A DNA stretch of 64,000 bases from an uncultured Gammaproteobacteria bacterium. GTDB taxonomy: Bacteria; Patescibacteriota; Patescibacteriia; UBA1558; GWA2-36-10. The translations under genes and the position numbers were made by a program. Below, piece by piece: positions 1-11,494 of the stretch (position 1 is its first letter; every line of letters starts with the position of its first letter). The stretch lies in NCBI GenBank assembly GCA_964633905.1, contig CAZWIT010000002.1, positions 63,209 to 127,208 of the forward strand. The letters run 5' to 3'. Below the pieces are notes generated by a model, which was not told the origin of the DNA, searched no databases, and was given only the letters and a program-made list of their open reading frames with translations.

Positions 1-1
1 G

Positions 2-85
2 GGAGTAATTCAAGCTTTAATTTTTTCAGTTTTAACAGTAGTATATTTTACCATTGCTTCTACTGAGCATAGTGCTGAACATTAA
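2..85 (+). CDS. atpB: ATP synthase F0 subunit a, C-terminal fragment (gene begins upstream of window)
   Basis: Frame 2 translates GVIQALIFSVLTVVYFTIASTEHSAEH*, a typical subunit-a C-terminus, directly upstream of atpE. Confidence 0.6.
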   Translation, partial: GVIQALIFSVLTVVYFTIASTEHSAEH

Positions 86-154
86 TTTATTAATAATATT
101 AATTAGTTTAAAGTAGGCGACTTTAAAAAACCAAACAACAGTCGACCGAAATAA

Positions 155-382
<228 letters not shown>

Positions 383-408
383 ATTATTTTGACTGCCTAT
401 TAATTTAG

Positions 409-440
409 GCGGCTCGCCCCGCATGCGCGAGGCGAGCCGC
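409..440 (+). promoter_or_regulatory. GC-only 10-bp stem hairpin (GCGGCTCGCC / GGCGAGCCGC, 12-nt palindromic loop) between atpE and atpF, with no T-run; likely mRNA stabiliser/processing or translation-tuning element
   Basis: Perfect inverted repeat read directly; stands out in a 34% GC background. Confidence 0.5.
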
Positions 441-461
441 GGCAGAACTAAGTAATTTATT

Positions 462-965
462 ATGGAAATATTGCAATTATTTGGAGTAGATTGGAAATTA
501 ATGCTAGCCCAACTAGTCAACTTTATTATTGTACTATTGGTACTTTGGCGTTTTGCTTTAAAGCCTCTTAGTAAAACCATGGAAGCAAGAAATAAAGAAA
601 TCGCTCAAGGTTTAGATGATGCAAAAAATGCTTCTGAACGTTTACATAAAGTCGAGCAAGAAGCTAAAGAACAAATAAGTAGAGCCAAGCAAGAGGCGAT
701 GTTGATTTTAGAAAAAGCCAGTACCCAAGCCGAAGCTAGTCGCAAAGCTGCTACTGAAAAGACAAGGCAAGAAGTGGCTATTTTAATTGCTAAGGCTAAA
801 GAGCAGATTGAAGCCGAAAAAGATATGTTGGTAGATGAAGCGCGTCAGGACTTATCTAAATTATTAGTAGAAGCTTTAGAAAAGATTTTAACTAAGGGCG
901 TCAGTCAAGAAATTGATAAAAAATATTTGCAAGCAATAGCTAAAGAATTAAAACATGAAAAATAA
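462..965 (+). CDS. atpF: ATP synthase F0 subunit b
   Basis: N-terminal TM helix plus long charged coiled coil; position between atpE and atpH. Confidence 0.85.
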   Translation: MEILQLFGVDWKLMLAQLVNFIIVLLVLWRFALKPLSKTMEARNKEIAQGLDDAKNASERLHKVEQEAKEQISRAKQEAMLILEKASTQAEASRKAATEKTRQEVAILIAKAKEQIEAEKDMLVDEARQDLSKLLVEALEKILTKGVSQEIDKKYLQAIAKELKHEK

Positions 966-1359
966 AGAGCAAATAAAATATTTAGCTCAAGCTTTATTTA
1001 ATGTTTCTCAAAATAAAACTCCGAAACAGCTTGATCATATTACTGATAATTTATTAAAATTATTAAGGGCACAGGGACGTTTAGGTGATTTAGCCGAAAT
1101 TATTCAATCAGTAAAAGATTTGCAATTAAGTAAGCAAGGCAAAGCTAAAATTAAGGTCAATAGTACTTATCTTTTAAAAGACGCTGAGCTGAAGTTAGTA
1201 GCCAAGCTTGCTAAACAGTTAAGTGATCAAGAAGCAGAGTTGGAACAAAAAATAGATAATAGCTTAATTGGTGGAGTAGTGTTGCGCCATCAAGATAAAC
1301 TTATTGACCTATCAATTCGCAACAAAATAAATAAATTAAACGAAGCCATGATTAATTAA
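955..1359 (+). CDS. atpH: ATP synthase F1 subunit delta (OSCP), short form
   Basis: Operon position, 134 aa, overlaps atpF stop. Confidence 0.8.
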   Translation: MKNKEQIKYLAQALFNVSQNKTPKQLDHITDNLLKLLRAQGRLGDLAEIIQSVKDLQLSKQGKAKIKVNSTYLLKDAELKLVAKLAKQLSDQEAELEQKIDNSLIGGVVLRHQDKLIDLSIRNKINKLNEAMIN

Positions 1360-1375
1360 TATTTCATTAAATATT

Positions 1376-2899
1376 ATGTCACACGATTATTTAGTAAAAA
1401 GTTTAGAAAAAAAATTAGCCGACTTGGATTTAAGTAGTGCCATTGAAACTGTTGGCGAAGTTATTGAAGTAGGCGATGGTATTGCTCGCGTCTCTGGCTT
1501 GTCAGATTGTATGTCCAGTGAAATGTTGGAATTCACCAGCAAGGATGGCACTAAAGTTTTAGGTTTAGCTCTAAATCTAGAAGAAAATGTTATTGGTGCT
1601 ATTGTTTTGGGTGATTATCAGCTTTTGCAAGCTGGCGATAAGGTAAAAGGAACTAAAAGAGTATTAGAAGTGCCAGTGGGCGAAGCGGTCATTGGTAGAG
1701 TTGTTGATCCTTTAGGTAATCCTTTAGATGGCAAGGGCCCAATTAAAACTAAAAATTTTTATCCAGTAGAAAAAATTGCACCAGGTGTTATTACTCGTCA
1801 ATCAGTAACTCAGCCTTTGCAAACTGGTATTAAAGTAATTGATGCTATTATTCCGATTGGAAAAGGTCAACGTGAACTTATCATTGGCGATAGACAGACT
1901 GGTAAAACAGCTATTGCTATTGATGCTATTATCAATCAAAAAGGTAAAGATGTAATTTGTATTTATGTAGCTATTGGGCAAAAAGAATCTAGAATTGCTA
2001 AGATTGTAGCTAAGCTTGAAGAAACTGGTGCTATGGAATACACTACGGTAGTTTTGGCTGGCGTTTCAGCTCCAGCAGCTTCATCCTACATTGCTCCTTA
2101 TGCAGGGGTAGCTATGGGTGAATATTTTATGGATCAAGGTAAAGATGTGCTAGTAGTTTATGATGATTTGTCAAAACACGCTGTGGCTTACAGACAGATC
2201 TCTTTATTATTACGTCGGCCACCAGGACGTGAAGCTTATCCAGGCGATGTCTTTTATTTACATTCTCGTTTGTTAGAAAGGGCAGCAAAACTTAGCCCAG
2301 AATTTGGCGGCGGATCACTTACTGCTTTGCCGATTATTGAAACTCAAGCTGGTGATATTTCTGCCTATATTCCAACTAATGTTATCTCTATTACTGATGG
2401 ACAAATATTTTTAGAAACAGATTTGTTTTATAAAGGTATCAGGCCAGCTTTAAATTCTGGCTTATCGGTTTCCCGTGTTGGTTCAGCTGCTCAGATTAAA
2501 GCAATGAAAAAAGTAGCTGGCCGTTTAAAGCTTGATTTAGCTCAATTTAGAGAATTGGAAGCTTTTGCCCAATTTGGTTCAGATTTAGACGAGGCCACCA
2601 AGCAACAATTAAATCGGGGAGCGCGAGTGGTAGAAATTTTAAAGCAAAGCCAGTATTCACCATTATCTCAAGGCAAACAAGTGGCCATACTTTATGCAGT
2701 AATTAATGGTTATTTAGATACAGTGCCAGTTGAGAATATTGCTGACTTGGAGCAGAAATTATACCAGAATTTAGAATTACAAAATTCAGATTTACTCAAA
2801 AAAATTGAAACAGAAGGACAGCTAGATGAAGCAATGGAAGATAAATTAAAACAAATTATTAGTGATTTAGTAGAAGCTAATCAAGTAAGCAAGAAATAG
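1376..2899 (+). CDS. atpA: ATP synthase F1 subunit alpha
   Basis: Walker A GDRQTGKT, strong family-wide conservation. Confidence 0.97.
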   Translation: MSHDYLVKSLEKKLADLDLSSAIETVGEVIEVGDGIARVSGLSDCMSSEMLEFTSKDGTKVLGLALNLEENVIGAIVLGDYQLLQAGDKVKGTKRVLEVPVGEAVIGRVVDPLGNPLDGKGPIKTKNFYPVEKIAPGVITRQSVTQPLQTGIKVIDAIIPIGKGQRELIIGDRQTGKTAIAIDAIINQKGKDVICIYVAIGQKESRIAKIVAKLEETGAMEYTTVVLAGVSAPAASSYIAPYAGVAMGEYFMDQGKDVLVVYDDLSKHAVAYRQISLLLRRPPGREAYPGDVFYLHSRLLERAAKLSPEFGGGSLTALPIIETQAGDISAYIPTNVISITDGQIFLETDLFYKGIRPALNSGLSVSRVGSAAQIKAMKKVAGRLKLDLAQFRELEAFAQFGSDLDEATKQQLNRGARVVEILKQSQYSPLSQGKQVAILYAVINGYLDTVPVENIADLEQKLYQNLELQNSDLLKKIETEGQLDEAMEDKLKQIISDLVEANQVSKK

Positions 2900-2905
2900 A
2901 AAGTT

Positions 2906-5252
<2,347 letters not shown>

Positions 5253-5260
5253 CTATTACC

Positions 5261-5710
5261 ATGGCAGATATAAAATTAAAAATTGTTACCCCCGAAAAGG
5301 TGCTGTATCAAGATACAGTTAGCCAGCTTTCGGTATCAACTGTGACAGGACAAATTACTATTTTGCCTCATCATTTACCTTTAGTAAGTCGTCTTGCTCC
5401 TGGTGAAATTATCATCAAAAAAAATAGCCACAGCGAAGATTTAATGGCAGTCTCCGGTGGCTTTATTGAGGTTTTGCCTGATCAGGTTATTATTTTAGCA
5501 GACACCGCCGAACGAGCTGAGGAAATCGACGAAACTAGAGCTGAGGCAGCTAGACTTAGGGCCCAGGAATTGTTAAATACTAAGATGGTTGATGCTGAGC
5601 AATTTGCTTTCTTTAGCGCCTCTTTAGAAAAAGAATTAGCGCGTATTAGGGTAGCTAAAAAGTATAAAAAAAATAGAGGCGCTAACATCAATCTTAATCG
5701 TGAGGAATAG
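5261..5710 (+). CDS. atpC: ATP synthase F1 subunit epsilon
   Basis: N-terminal beta-sandwich motif plus C-terminal helices; operon end. Confidence 0.9.
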   Translation: MADIKLKIVTPEKVLYQDTVSQLSVSTVTGQITILPHHLPLVSRLAPGEIIIKKNSHSEDLMAVSGGFIEVLPDQVIILADTAERAEEIDETRAEAARLRAQELLNTKMVDAEQFAFFSASLEKELARIRVAKKYKKNRGANINLNREE

Positions 5711-5721
5711 TTTCTTAACGA

Positions 5722-5750
5722 TTGACTAAAAGCCCAATTAGTGCTAAAAT
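5722..5750 (+). promoter_or_regulatory. sigma70-like promoter TTGACT-17-TAAAAT
   Basis: Hexamers and spacing read directly, ~35 nt upstream of the 5787 ORF. Confidence 0.5.
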
Positions 5751-5786
5751 GGAGTCCGCAAATTAAGATAAATTTAAGCTTATTTT

Positions 5787-6236
5787 ATGGGCTATATTGT
5801 ACCAAATGATCTATTAAAGGAGCACGAATGTCCTTTGGCAGTAATCAAGTGTGTTGATTTTCGTTTTAGAGTTTCTGACCAAGAATTCGTGGAAAAGGGT
5901 TTAGGCTACAAAAATTTTGATTTATATGCTTGGCCAGGTAGTGCTAAGGATGTTTTGAAAAACAATGGTTTTAAAATGTCTTTTATTGCAAGTATTGTAG
6001 CTGTTTCTAAAAACCTACATAATGTAAAAAAACTTTTGCTTTTATGGCATTGGGATTGTGGTGCTTACGGAGGCAGTAAGAATTTCAATGATGCATCTCT
6101 AGAAGAGCAGACATACATTAAGGATTTGCAAACTGTTAAAGAAATGTTGGTCAAAGAATTACCAGCTGATCTAGAAATTATTATGTCTTATTCAAAATTT
6201 GTACCACAGGGTTTGGATTATATTGTAGTTGAATAA
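5787..6236 (+). CDS. small metal-site protein with beta-carbonic-anhydrase-like signature (C-x-D-x-R ... H-x-x-C-G); paralog of 6476..6991
   Basis: IKCVDFRFRV and WHWDCGAYGG motifs match the beta-CA zinc-ligand pattern; 149 aa is shorter than canonical beta-CA. Confidence 0.45.
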   Translation: MGYIVPNDLLKEHECPLAVIKCVDFRFRVSDQEFVEKGLGYKNFDLYAWPGSAKDVLKNNGFKMSFIASIVAVSKNLHNVKKLLLLWHWDCGAYGGSKNFNDASLEEQTYIKDLQTVKEMLVKELPADLEIIMSYSKFVPQGLDYIVVE

Positions 6237-6248
6237 AATATTGATTAA

Positions 6249-6289
6249 GACACCCAGCTCTTCGCGAAGAGCTGGGTGTTTTTTGTTTT
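6249..6289 (+). terminator. Rho-independent terminator (CACCCAGCTCTTC gcg GAAGAGCTGGGTG + T-run)
   Basis: Perfect 13-bp stem followed by TTTTTTGTTTT. Confidence 0.8.
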
Positions 6290-6297
6290 AAATAATA

Positions 6298-6326
6298 TTG
6301 ACTTTTTGTTTAAAGCATGTTAAAAT
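6298..6326 (+). promoter_or_regulatory. sigma70-like promoter TTGACT-17-TAAAAT (same consensus as at 5722)
   Basis: Read directly; ~150-nt leader precedes the CDS. Confidence 0.5.
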
Positions 6327-6475
6327 TTTTTTCCTTCTTTTAAATATATTTATAATATTAGGAGTCTAGATAATAGTATTCTTATTTATTAATAATATTA
6401 TTATGTGGGCTAACTTTTAGCTCTTGTTTTTTAAACCCCGCAGTAAGACTGGTTTCTCAACAGGAGGTTGTAGCC

Positions 6476-6991
6476 TTGGTAAATGGGCTGTATCACGCTT
6501 GTGGCGTGCCTTGCATTGATGGTGCTTATTTTCCTCTTTTTGAAGAGGCAGTAAAAAAGATGGAGGGAGAAATTGTTGATATGATGCCACAACCTGGTGG
6601 CGCCAAGACTTTGCGTATGTCGCGTTTGTCGGCACATGAGTTTGTGCAAAATTTTGTTGGCGTATCCGTGGCTAAACATGGTGTGAGACTCATTATTTTG
6701 GGTAATCATTTGTGTTGTGGTGCTTATGAGCGTTTTAATTTGGATCTGTCTCAAGAAGAGGATTTGCAAAAGAAACATATTGAGCGAGCAATTCGCTTTT
6801 TGAATGATCAGGTCAATTTGACCATTACTCATTATCTTTTGGATGAAGATCTTGCGCCCAGAGAAAGGGAAAATTTGATTATGGCTGCAGATAGTGGCCT
6901 AGTGATCAAGTCGCTTTTGATCAAGCCCCATGATATGTCCAAACGTATCACTAATCCTATTACTGAATGTTTTGTGGAAAGAGTTTTCTAA
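6476..6991 (+). CDS. paralog of the 5787 ORF; degenerate beta-CA-like Cys/His signature (CIDGAY ... NHLCCGAYERF); TTG start preceded by AGGAGG
   Basis: Aligns to upstream ORF (C.D...F.E...G....PG.AK ... H..CGAY); SD AGGAGG ~7 nt before start. Confidence 0.4.
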   Translation: MVNGLYHACGVPCIDGAYFPLFEEAVKKMEGEIVDMMPQPGGAKTLRMSRLSAHEFVQNFVGVSVAKHGVRLIILGNHLCCGAYERFNLDLSQEEDLQKKHIERAIRFLNDQVNLTITHYLLDEDLAPRERENLIMAADSGLVIKSLLIKPHDMSKRITNPITECFVERVF

Positions 6992-7020
6992 AACAAATTT
7001 GATAGTCTACTGCATCTTTG

Positions 7021-7052
7021 CCAGTCCTGATAATGGGACTGGTATTTTTTTT
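7021..7052 (+). terminator. Rho-independent terminator (CCAGTCC tgataat GGGACTGG + T8)
   Basis: Hairpin plus T-run. Confidence 0.75.
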
Positions 7053-7085
7053 GCTTTTTAATTTAATATTAGTTAAAATATTGAT

Positions 7086-10034
7086 ATGGATTTAAATAAA
7101 TTAAATGAAGCTCAAAAACAGGCAGTAATGCACGATGCTGGCCCAGTTATCTTGATTGCTGGTGCTGGTACGGGTAAAACGACGGTTATTAGTCAAAGGA
7201 TTGCTTATCTAATTGAACAAAAAAAAGCCAAACCAGAAGAGATTTTAGCTGTTACTTTTACCGAAAAAGCAGCTGGAGAAATGTTAGAGCGGGTAGATAC
7301 GCTATTGCCCTTAGGTTATGCTGATTTGTGGATTAATACCTTTCATGGTTTTTGCGAAAAGGTTTTAAAAGAATATGCTTTAGATATTGGTGTGCCAAAT
7401 GATTTTAGGGTACTAGACAAAACTTCAGCTTGGCTTTTGGTTAGAGAAAATTTAGAAAAATTTGATTTGGATTATTATCGTCCTTTAGGCAACCCAACTA
7501 AATTTATTCATGCGCTCTTGAGTCATTTTTCGCGTTGTAAAGATGAAGTGATCTATCCCGAAGATTATTTAGAATATGCTGACAATTTGCAGCTTGATCA
7601 GGATTTAGCCATGGATCAAGAAGAAGTAGCGCAAGAAGCATTGCGCATCAAAGAGATTGCTAATGCTTATCATAGCTATCAACAAATTTTGCTGGATAAT
7701 AATGCGCTGGACTTTGGTGATTTGATTAATTACACTTTACGTTTATTTAAAAAACGTCCTTTAGTATTAAGGCATTTTCGTCAGCAATTTAAATATATCT
7801 TAGTTGATGAATTTCAAGATACCAATTGGGCGCAGTATGAGCTTATTAAAATTTTAGCAGCCCCTAAAAATAATCTGATGGTAGTAGGTGATGATGATCA
7901 GGCGATTTATAAATTTCGGGGAGCGGCTATTGCTAATATTTTAAGTTTTCAAAAAGATTATAGTAAGGATAAAAAACATCCTTTAACCCAAATATTTTTA
8001 ACTGATAATTATCGTTCCGGACAAAAAATACTAGATGTAGCTTATGATTTTATTCAATTAAACAATCCGGATCGTTTAGAATATCAATTAAAAAAATCAA
8101 AGAAGAAATCTAGTGGTATTTTAAATAAAAAATTAATTAGCCACAGCGAAGTTGCAGGCGAAGTGCAGGTATTAGGATTTACTGATAGCGCGGCTGAGAT
8201 TGAAGGTATTGTAAATAAAATAGTAGTTTTAAAAAAAGCTGATTCTAAATTATTATGGTCAGATTTTGCTATTTTAGTACGTGCCAATGATGCCGCTACG
8301 GGCTTTGTTAGCTTTATGCGTAAAGTAGGCTTACCGCATCAATTTATGGCTTCGCGCGGACTCTATAATCAAGATATAGTTTTAGATATTATTGCCTATT
8401 TAAAGCTGCTTGATAATTATCATGAGTCTTCGGCTTTATTTAGAATTTTAAGTTTACCTCTTTTTTCTTTGGAATCAAGAAGCATTGTTAATTTAAGTCA
8501 TTTAGCTAGTAAAAAGGCTTGGAGTTTATTTGCTGCACTACAAAATTATCGTTTGCATTTAGATTTGCCAGTTAGCGATCAGCGGACAATTGAAAAATTT
8601 ATAAGCAGTTTAAATCAGCACTCTCAATTAACTAAAAATAAGCCAGTCTCGCAAGTAATTTATGCTTGGCTAGAAGATAGTGGTTATTTGCAGCTTTTGA
8701 CTTTAGAACAAAATCAATACAATCAAGAACAACTAGGTTTTTTAAATCAGTTTTATCGTAAAATTAAGGCTTGGGAAGAACAGCATATTGGCAATGCTTC
8801 GGTGCGTGAATTTTTAACACAATTAAATTGGGAGTTAGACTCAGGGGAGCAGGGAGCCCTAGAAATGGCAGACGACGCTGGACCAGATGCGATTAGAATC
8901 ATGACTGTTCATGGCGCTAAGGGTTTAGAATTTAAGTATGTTTTTGTGACTAATTTGGTACAGCTACGATTCCCAAGTAATGAGCGTCGTGATCCGATTG
9001 AATTGCCAGAACTGTTTATTAAAGAGCAATTGCCCCAAGGCGATGCTCATTTGCAAGAAGAACGGCGTTTATTTTATGTGGCTTTAACGCGTGCTAAACA
9101 GGCTGTGTTTTTGACTTGGGCTAAAGATTATGGTGGTAGTCGCCAGAAAAAACCCTCTCGCTTTTTAGAAGAAATTAATTTACCTAGTGAGCAAGTAGCA
9201 GAAACTGCCAGTATCAATGAAGTAGCTATAGTCAAAGCTGTGCCTCAAGCTTTAAAATACGAAAAGCCAAAAGCTTTTTCTTTTTCTCAGCTTAAAGCTT
9301 ATGAAACTTGTCCGCGCCAATATTTTTACTCTTACGTAGTTAAAATTCCGGTTAAAGGTAGTCCCCAGTTTAGTTTTGGTAAAACTATGCATAATACTTT
9401 GCAAAAATTTTACCAACAAATAATGGAGGGTAAAAAAGCACAGCAAGGTGATTTATTTAAAGTTAAGGCAGAATTTAAAATACCTAGTCTTAATGATTTA
9501 TTAAAAATTTATGAAAATGAATGGCTAGATGATTGGTATAATTCGGCATCAGAAAAAGAAAAATATCGTAAGCTGGGGAGTGATATTTTAAAAGAGTATT
9601 ACCAGAAAAATGGACCTCATTTTTCCGTGCCTTTATTTTTAGAAAAAGGTTTTAATATTAAAGTTGATAATTTTACGGTCAGAGGTTTTATTGATCGGGT
9701 TGATGTGGTAGATAATGCCTGGGAGGTTATTGATTATAAAACTGGTAAAGCTAAAGATGCTAGCATTACTTTTGATGATAAAAAACAATTATTAATTTAT
9801 CAGTTGGCTGCTGAAGAAGTTTGGCAAACGCAAGTTAAAGCTCTTACTTTTTATTATTTAAATAATAATACGCCAGTATCTTTTGTGGGTACTGATAAAG
9901 AAAAGCTAAAAGTTAAAGAATGGATGCTTGATATTATTGGGCAGATTTTGGCCGATGATTTTACGGCTTTGCCTGGGCATGCTTGTCAGTTTTGTGATTA
10001 TAAACAAATTTGTCCATTTGTTAAAAATGTCTAG
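7086..10034 (+). CDS. UvrD/PcrA-family SF1 DNA helicase fused to a C-terminal RecB/Cas4-type PD-(D/E)XK nuclease with a 4-Cys (Fe-S) cluster
   Basis: Helicase motifs GAGTGKT, DEFQDT, VGDDDQAIYKFRGA, VALTRAK; C-terminus has CPRQYFYSY ... IDRVD ... EVIDYKTGK ... CQFCDYKQICPF. Confidence 0.85.
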   Translation: MDLNKLNEAQKQAVMHDAGPVILIAGAGTGKTTVISQRIAYLIEQKKAKPEEILAVTFTEKAAGEMLERVDTLLPLGYADLWINTFHGFCEKVLKEYALDIGVPNDFRVLDKTSAWLLVRENLEKFDLDYYRPLGNPTKFIHALLSHFSRCKDEVIYPEDYLEYADNLQLDQDLAMDQEEVAQEALRIKEIANAYHSYQQILLDNNALDFGDLINYTLRLFKKRPLVLRHFRQQFKYILVDEFQDTNWAQYELIKILAAPKNNLMVVGDDDQAIYKFRGAAIANILSFQKDYSKDKKHPLTQIFLTDNYRSGQKILDVAYDFIQLNNPDRLEYQLKKSKKKSSGILNKKLISHSEVAGEVQVLGFTDSAAEIEGIVNKIVVLKKADSKLLWSDFAILVRANDAATGFVSFMRKVGLPHQFMASRGLYNQDIVLDIIAYLKLLDNYHESSALFRILSLPLFSLESRSIVNLSHLASKKAWSLFAALQNYRLHLDLPVSDQRTIEKFISSLNQHSQLTKNKPVSQVIYAWLEDSGYLQLLTLEQNQYNQEQLGFLNQFYRKIKAWEEQHIGNASVREFLTQLNWELDSGEQGALEMADDAGPDAIRIMTVHGAKGLEFKYVFVTNLVQLRFPSNERRDPIELPELFIKEQLPQGDAHLQEERRLFYVALTRAKQAVFLTWAKDYGGSRQKKPSRFLEEINLPSEQVAETASINEVAIVKAVPQALKYEKPKAFSFSQLKAYETCPRQYFYSYVVKIPVKGSPQFSFGKTMHNTLQKFYQQIMEGKKAQQGDLFKVKAEFKIPSLNDLLKIYENEWLDDWYNSASEKEKYRKLGSDILKEYYQKNGPHFSVPLFLEKGFNIKVDNFTVRGFIDRVDVVDNAWEVIDYKTGKAKDASITFDDKKQLLIYQLAAEEVWQTQVKALTFYYLNNNTPVSFVGTDKEKLKVKEWMLDIIGQILADDFTALPGHACQFCDYKQICPFVKNV

Positions 10035-10035
10035 T

Positions 10036-10356
10036 ATGAAAACTTTAAAGTTTGTAGCGCCTTTGCCAGATTTAATTTTAGCTGGTAAAAAAACTAGCAC
10101 TTGGCGACTTAATGATGAGAAGAATATTATTGTTGATGATGAACTTAGTCTTTGTAATGCAGTGGGTCAGGAATTTGCCAGAGCCAAAGTGGTTGAAGTT
10201 TTATTTTCTAAATTAGGTAGTTTAGATGCCAAAGAAAAAGAGGGGCACGAGAGCTATGCGTCGGAACAGGAAATGTATGAAACTTTTTCTAGATTTTATA
10301 ATTTAGCAGTTGGATCTACTACTGAAGTTAAAATTATCAAGTTTAAATTATTATAA
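10036..10356 (+). CDS. ASCH (PUA-like) domain protein
   Basis: MKTLKFVAPLPDLILAGKKTSTWR matches the ASCH N-terminal strand motif; ATG at 10036, one nt after the helicase stop, preferred over the track start. Confidence 0.55.
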   Translation: MKTLKFVAPLPDLILAGKKTSTWRLNDEKNIIVDDELSLCNAVGQEFARAKVVEVLFSKLGSLDAKEKEGHESYASEQEMYETFSRFYNLAVGSTTEVKIIKFKLL

Positions 10357-10359
10357 AAT

Positions 10360-11031
10360 ATGAATAATATTTTTTTAATTTGTGGCTACGGAGTGCCAAA
10401 AAATATTTTACAAGATAATAATTATAATATTTATTTAAACATTGCTTTTAATCAGCTTTATAATTTTACGCAAGTAAAAAAGATTAATAATCCAATTATT
10501 ATTTTTTCTGGTGGGCAGACTGATTGTTTTAAACCATATAATCGTCAAGAGGCTGTATTAATGAATTTATTTTTTAAAAAATGGTCGCAACGAATGCAAC
10601 TAAAGAGCATAACTAAAAATTGGCAAATTTTACTAGAAAATAAATCATTATCAACTTTAGAAAATTTATTGTTTAGTAGAAATTTATTAAAATCAAAAAA
10701 AATTAAACAAGGAGCTTTATATATTATTCACGAACAGACACACGGTCATCGTCTAAAGATTTTGGTGCCTAAGATTTTTTCTAGTAGTTTTAATAAATTT
10801 TATTGGCCAATTGATTTTGATACTTCAGCCAATCGTTATTTGGGCGAGGATTTTTTACGAAAAAAAGAAGCTAAAACCTTGCGACATGATTTATGGTCTC
10901 TACAAAGTCAAGGTAATTTAATAAAACATCATAAATTATATCAAAAAAGGTTAATTTTTTTGCGCCAAGCTAAATCAGATAAGCATATAGACTTAGTAAG
11001 AAAGTGGTGGGAAAAACAATTAGAGATATAG
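10360..11031 (+). CDS. DUF218/YdcF-like (ElyC/SanA family) protein
   Basis: IIIFSGGQTD and ENKSLSTLENLLFS resemble DUF218 signature motifs. Confidence 0.5.
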   Translation: MNNIFLICGYGVPKNILQDNNYNIYLNIAFNQLYNFTQVKKINNPIIIFSGGQTDCFKPYNRQEAVLMNLFFKKWSQRMQLKSITKNWQILLENKSLSTLENLLFSRNLLKSKKIKQGALYIIHEQTHGHRLKILVPKIFSSSFNKFYWPIDFDTSANRYLGEDFLRKKEAKTLRHDLWSLQSQGNLIKHHKLYQKRLIFLRQAKSDKHIDLVRKWWEKQLEI

Positions 11032-11078
11032 AGCTTAGCGTTGATTTTTATAGGGTTTTTTGTTAAAATTAGCAGCAG

Positions 11079-11480
11079 ATGAATCACAAAATATACAGCA
11101 TAATAATGGGCATAATGATGGGCCTTTCTAGCTTTGGTTTTTTTATAATTATCTTTAATTTTGATCCCAGCCAGGCTAATTGGATAGTTTTTGCCTTGTT
11201 TTATTTAACCTTATTTTTATCGTCTTTGGGTTTATTATCGTTATTAGGTTTTTGGTTAAGACGCTTATTTAGTAAGGAACGTATGCAAAATCGTTTAGCA
11301 ATTATTAATTCTTTAAGGCAGGGTTTAATCATGGCTTTAGTGGTAGTAATAGCCATGTGGTTACAATCAGCGCGTTTACTTACTTGGTGGAATACAATAC
11401 TATTGGCACTGGCGGCGGCTGCGCTGGAATTTGTTATTTTATTATTTCGACGTGACCCAGAAGAGAGTTTGCTTAAGTAG
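11079..11480 (+). CDS. small integral membrane protein, 4 predicted TM helices
   Basis: Hydrophobic segments read directly; TTGATT-17-TAAAAT promoter upstream. Confidence 0.6.
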   Translation: MNHKIYSIIMGIMMGLSSFGFFIIIFNFDPSQANWIVFALFYLTLFLSSLGLLSLLGFWLRRLFSKERMQNRLAIINSLRQGLIMALVVVIAMWLQSARLLTWWNTILLALAAAALEFVILLFRRDPEESLLK

Positions 11481-11494
11481 GATAAATTAATTTT

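Noticed and set aside
6431-6832. Minus-strand 133-aa ORF overlapping the second beta-CA-like gene
   Set aside because: Antisense to an ORF that has a paralog, an SD and a promoter; no recognisable features
9928-10035. Long 5' extension of the ASCH ORF overlapping the helicase C-terminus
   Set aside because: It lies in a different frame within the conserved helicase nuclease domain; the ATG at 10036 right after the helicase stop is the plausible start
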